Below, piece by piece: positions 35,106-36,121 of a stretch of DNA of 36,121 nt. Numbering within the stretch: position 1 is the first letter of the stretch; every line of letters starts with the position of its first letter. Location: IMG/VR virus record IMGVR_UViG_2778261180_000005; one strand, written 5' to 3'. The notes below the pieces were generated by a model that saw nothing but the letters and a program-made list of their open reading frames with translations, did no database searches and had not been told where the DNA came from. The stretch is from a virus. Its lineage: Duplodnaviria > Heunggongvirae > Uroviricota > Caudoviricetes. Position numbers and translations under genes: made by a program.

Positions 35106-35401
35106 TGGTTATCCTCCATTAAATTTGCGTAATTTTATTTATTGGTTTTACGCAAAATCTAAGCGCCTAAATCGCATTCTAACGAAGGGAAAGATCCAGT
35201 AATGGTAAGGGTTAGGAAGTGGGTTAATAGTCGCGTAGCGACCGCGCCATGAGTGAAGTGATCACGTTTTAGATCCTGACGCGCACATCAAATAACGGGG
35301 TGCCGAAAACTCGCTTTATTTCACCCGTGGAACAGTACCTTTTGATTTTGTCAAGTCTTTTTTATAAATAATCGAAAATATTTTTCACGCGAGGGCAAAT
35401 C

Positions 35402-35707
35402 ATGAAGACTAAAGATATTAAGATTGAATTTGAAACTGTTGATGACGTTCGGGAACATCGTATTGATTCTACTGGCTGCATCTTCCAGCTTACTAACTCC
35501 CCTATTGGATTGATTATCTATGTAGCAGAAGATGACGTGTACGCTATGTGGGATGGACAGGATGAATTTAAAGGCGGGAATAGCCATCTGATCAATACTC
35601 ATGAGGGATTCGATCCGACTCCTGTCTGTATGCTTGCTTATCACGTAACACTGGATGAACTACCGGAAGCAAGCGCGCGTATCCGTAAAATGAAAGATAT
35701 TAAGTGA
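35402..35707 (+). CDS. hypothetical protein (101 aa)
   Basis: GAGGG SD 7 nt upstream; followed by a terminator. Confidence 0.6.
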   Translation: MKTKDIKIEFETVDDVREHRIDSTGCIFQLTNSPIGLIIYVAEDDVYAMWDGQDEFKGGNSHLINTHEGFDPTPVCMLAYHVTLDELPEASARIRKMKDIK

Positions 35708-35726
35708 TGTAAGTGATTGATTCTAT

Positions 35727-35755
35727 AGCCCTGTCCTTGTGATGGGGCTTTTTTA
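35727..35755 (+). terminator. intrinsic terminator
   Basis: AGCCC...GGGCT stem followed by TTTTTTATT. Confidence 0.6.
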
Positions 35756-35770
35756 TTGCAAAAATTTTAG

Positions 35771-36121
35771 TTATTGGGGTTTACAACATTTAGGTTTGCC
35801 AATTCGCCTGGCTAACTCTTGCTGAGTGATTTCTGACTGTAAAAAAGCATTTAACAGCAATACTTTAGAGGCGACGCTCAAAGGTACTTCAATAAAGTGA
35901 TCATGACTATTTAATGGCGAAGGTAACGGGATAAGCTCGTTATCTTCAAAATAAAAATCAAATGCGGTCAGTAAAGCATCTTTTGCCGCTTCCATCGCTT
36001 CAGCGACAGTTTCGCCCTGCGTCAACGCTTCAGGGATATCCACAAAAGAAACCATATAACCGCCTTCCGGCGCGGGTGTAAGAGTGACGGGATAACGCAT
36101 AATTTCGACTGTCTCTCGCAT
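35771..36121 (-). CDS. hicB: HicB-like antitoxin, apparently truncated at its 3' end
   Basis: MRYPVTLTPAPEGGYMVSFVDIPEALTQGETVAEA... N-domain with enterobacterial-like codon usage; HTH begins (SEITQQELARRIGKPK) but the ORF ends CCKPQ* five codons later, at the composition switch. Confidence 0.7.
   Translation of the reverse strand: MRETVEIMRYPVTLTPAPEGGYMVSFVDIPEALTQGETVAEAMEAAKDALLTAFDFYFEDNELIPLPSPLNSHDHFIEVPLSVASKVLLLNAFLQSEITQQELARRIGKPKCCKPQ

Larger units (their letters stand above)
1..35788. mobile_element. prophage-like siphovirus element; left end not in window, right boundary inferred near 35.79 kb
   Basis: Contiguous phage structural, lysis and recombinase genes in AT-rich DNA; coding and composition switch to a host-type HicB-like gene at about 35789. 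Confidence 0.6.

Overview
Nearly the whole window is one AT-rich, siphovirus-type prophage-like element of about 35.8 kb, with almost all late genes on the minus strand. Its right boundary appears to fall inside a hicB-like antitoxin gene (35771..36121), whose 3' end is cut off. Left to right: small accessory ORFs and a large serine recombinase (1010..2689); two paralogous Zn-finger/T5orf172-type nuclease-like genes; a lysis region with an M15 endolysin; a lambda-like tail module (J-like 1258-aa tip fibre, K/L/M-position genes, tape measure, G/T chaperones, tail tube); a 1173-aa side fibre with a C-terminal intramolecular-chaperone domain followed by three tandem paralogous ~100-aa genes; a head module (protease-scaffold-capsid fusion, portal, lambda gpA-type large terminase); then a ~6-kb accessory/regulatory island. 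That island holds an Rha-like antirepressor, three paralogous small HTH proteins, a ~10-copy TTCAGGGGCAAAA iteron array upstream of a consensus sigma70 promoter, and a codon-optimised 313-aa gene bracketed by terminators; it separates the large terminase from a Nu1-like small-terminase candidate. No rRNA, tRNA or CRISPR array was found. All calls rest on reading the sequence and ORF translations by eye; protein family assignments are from recalled motifs, not searches.
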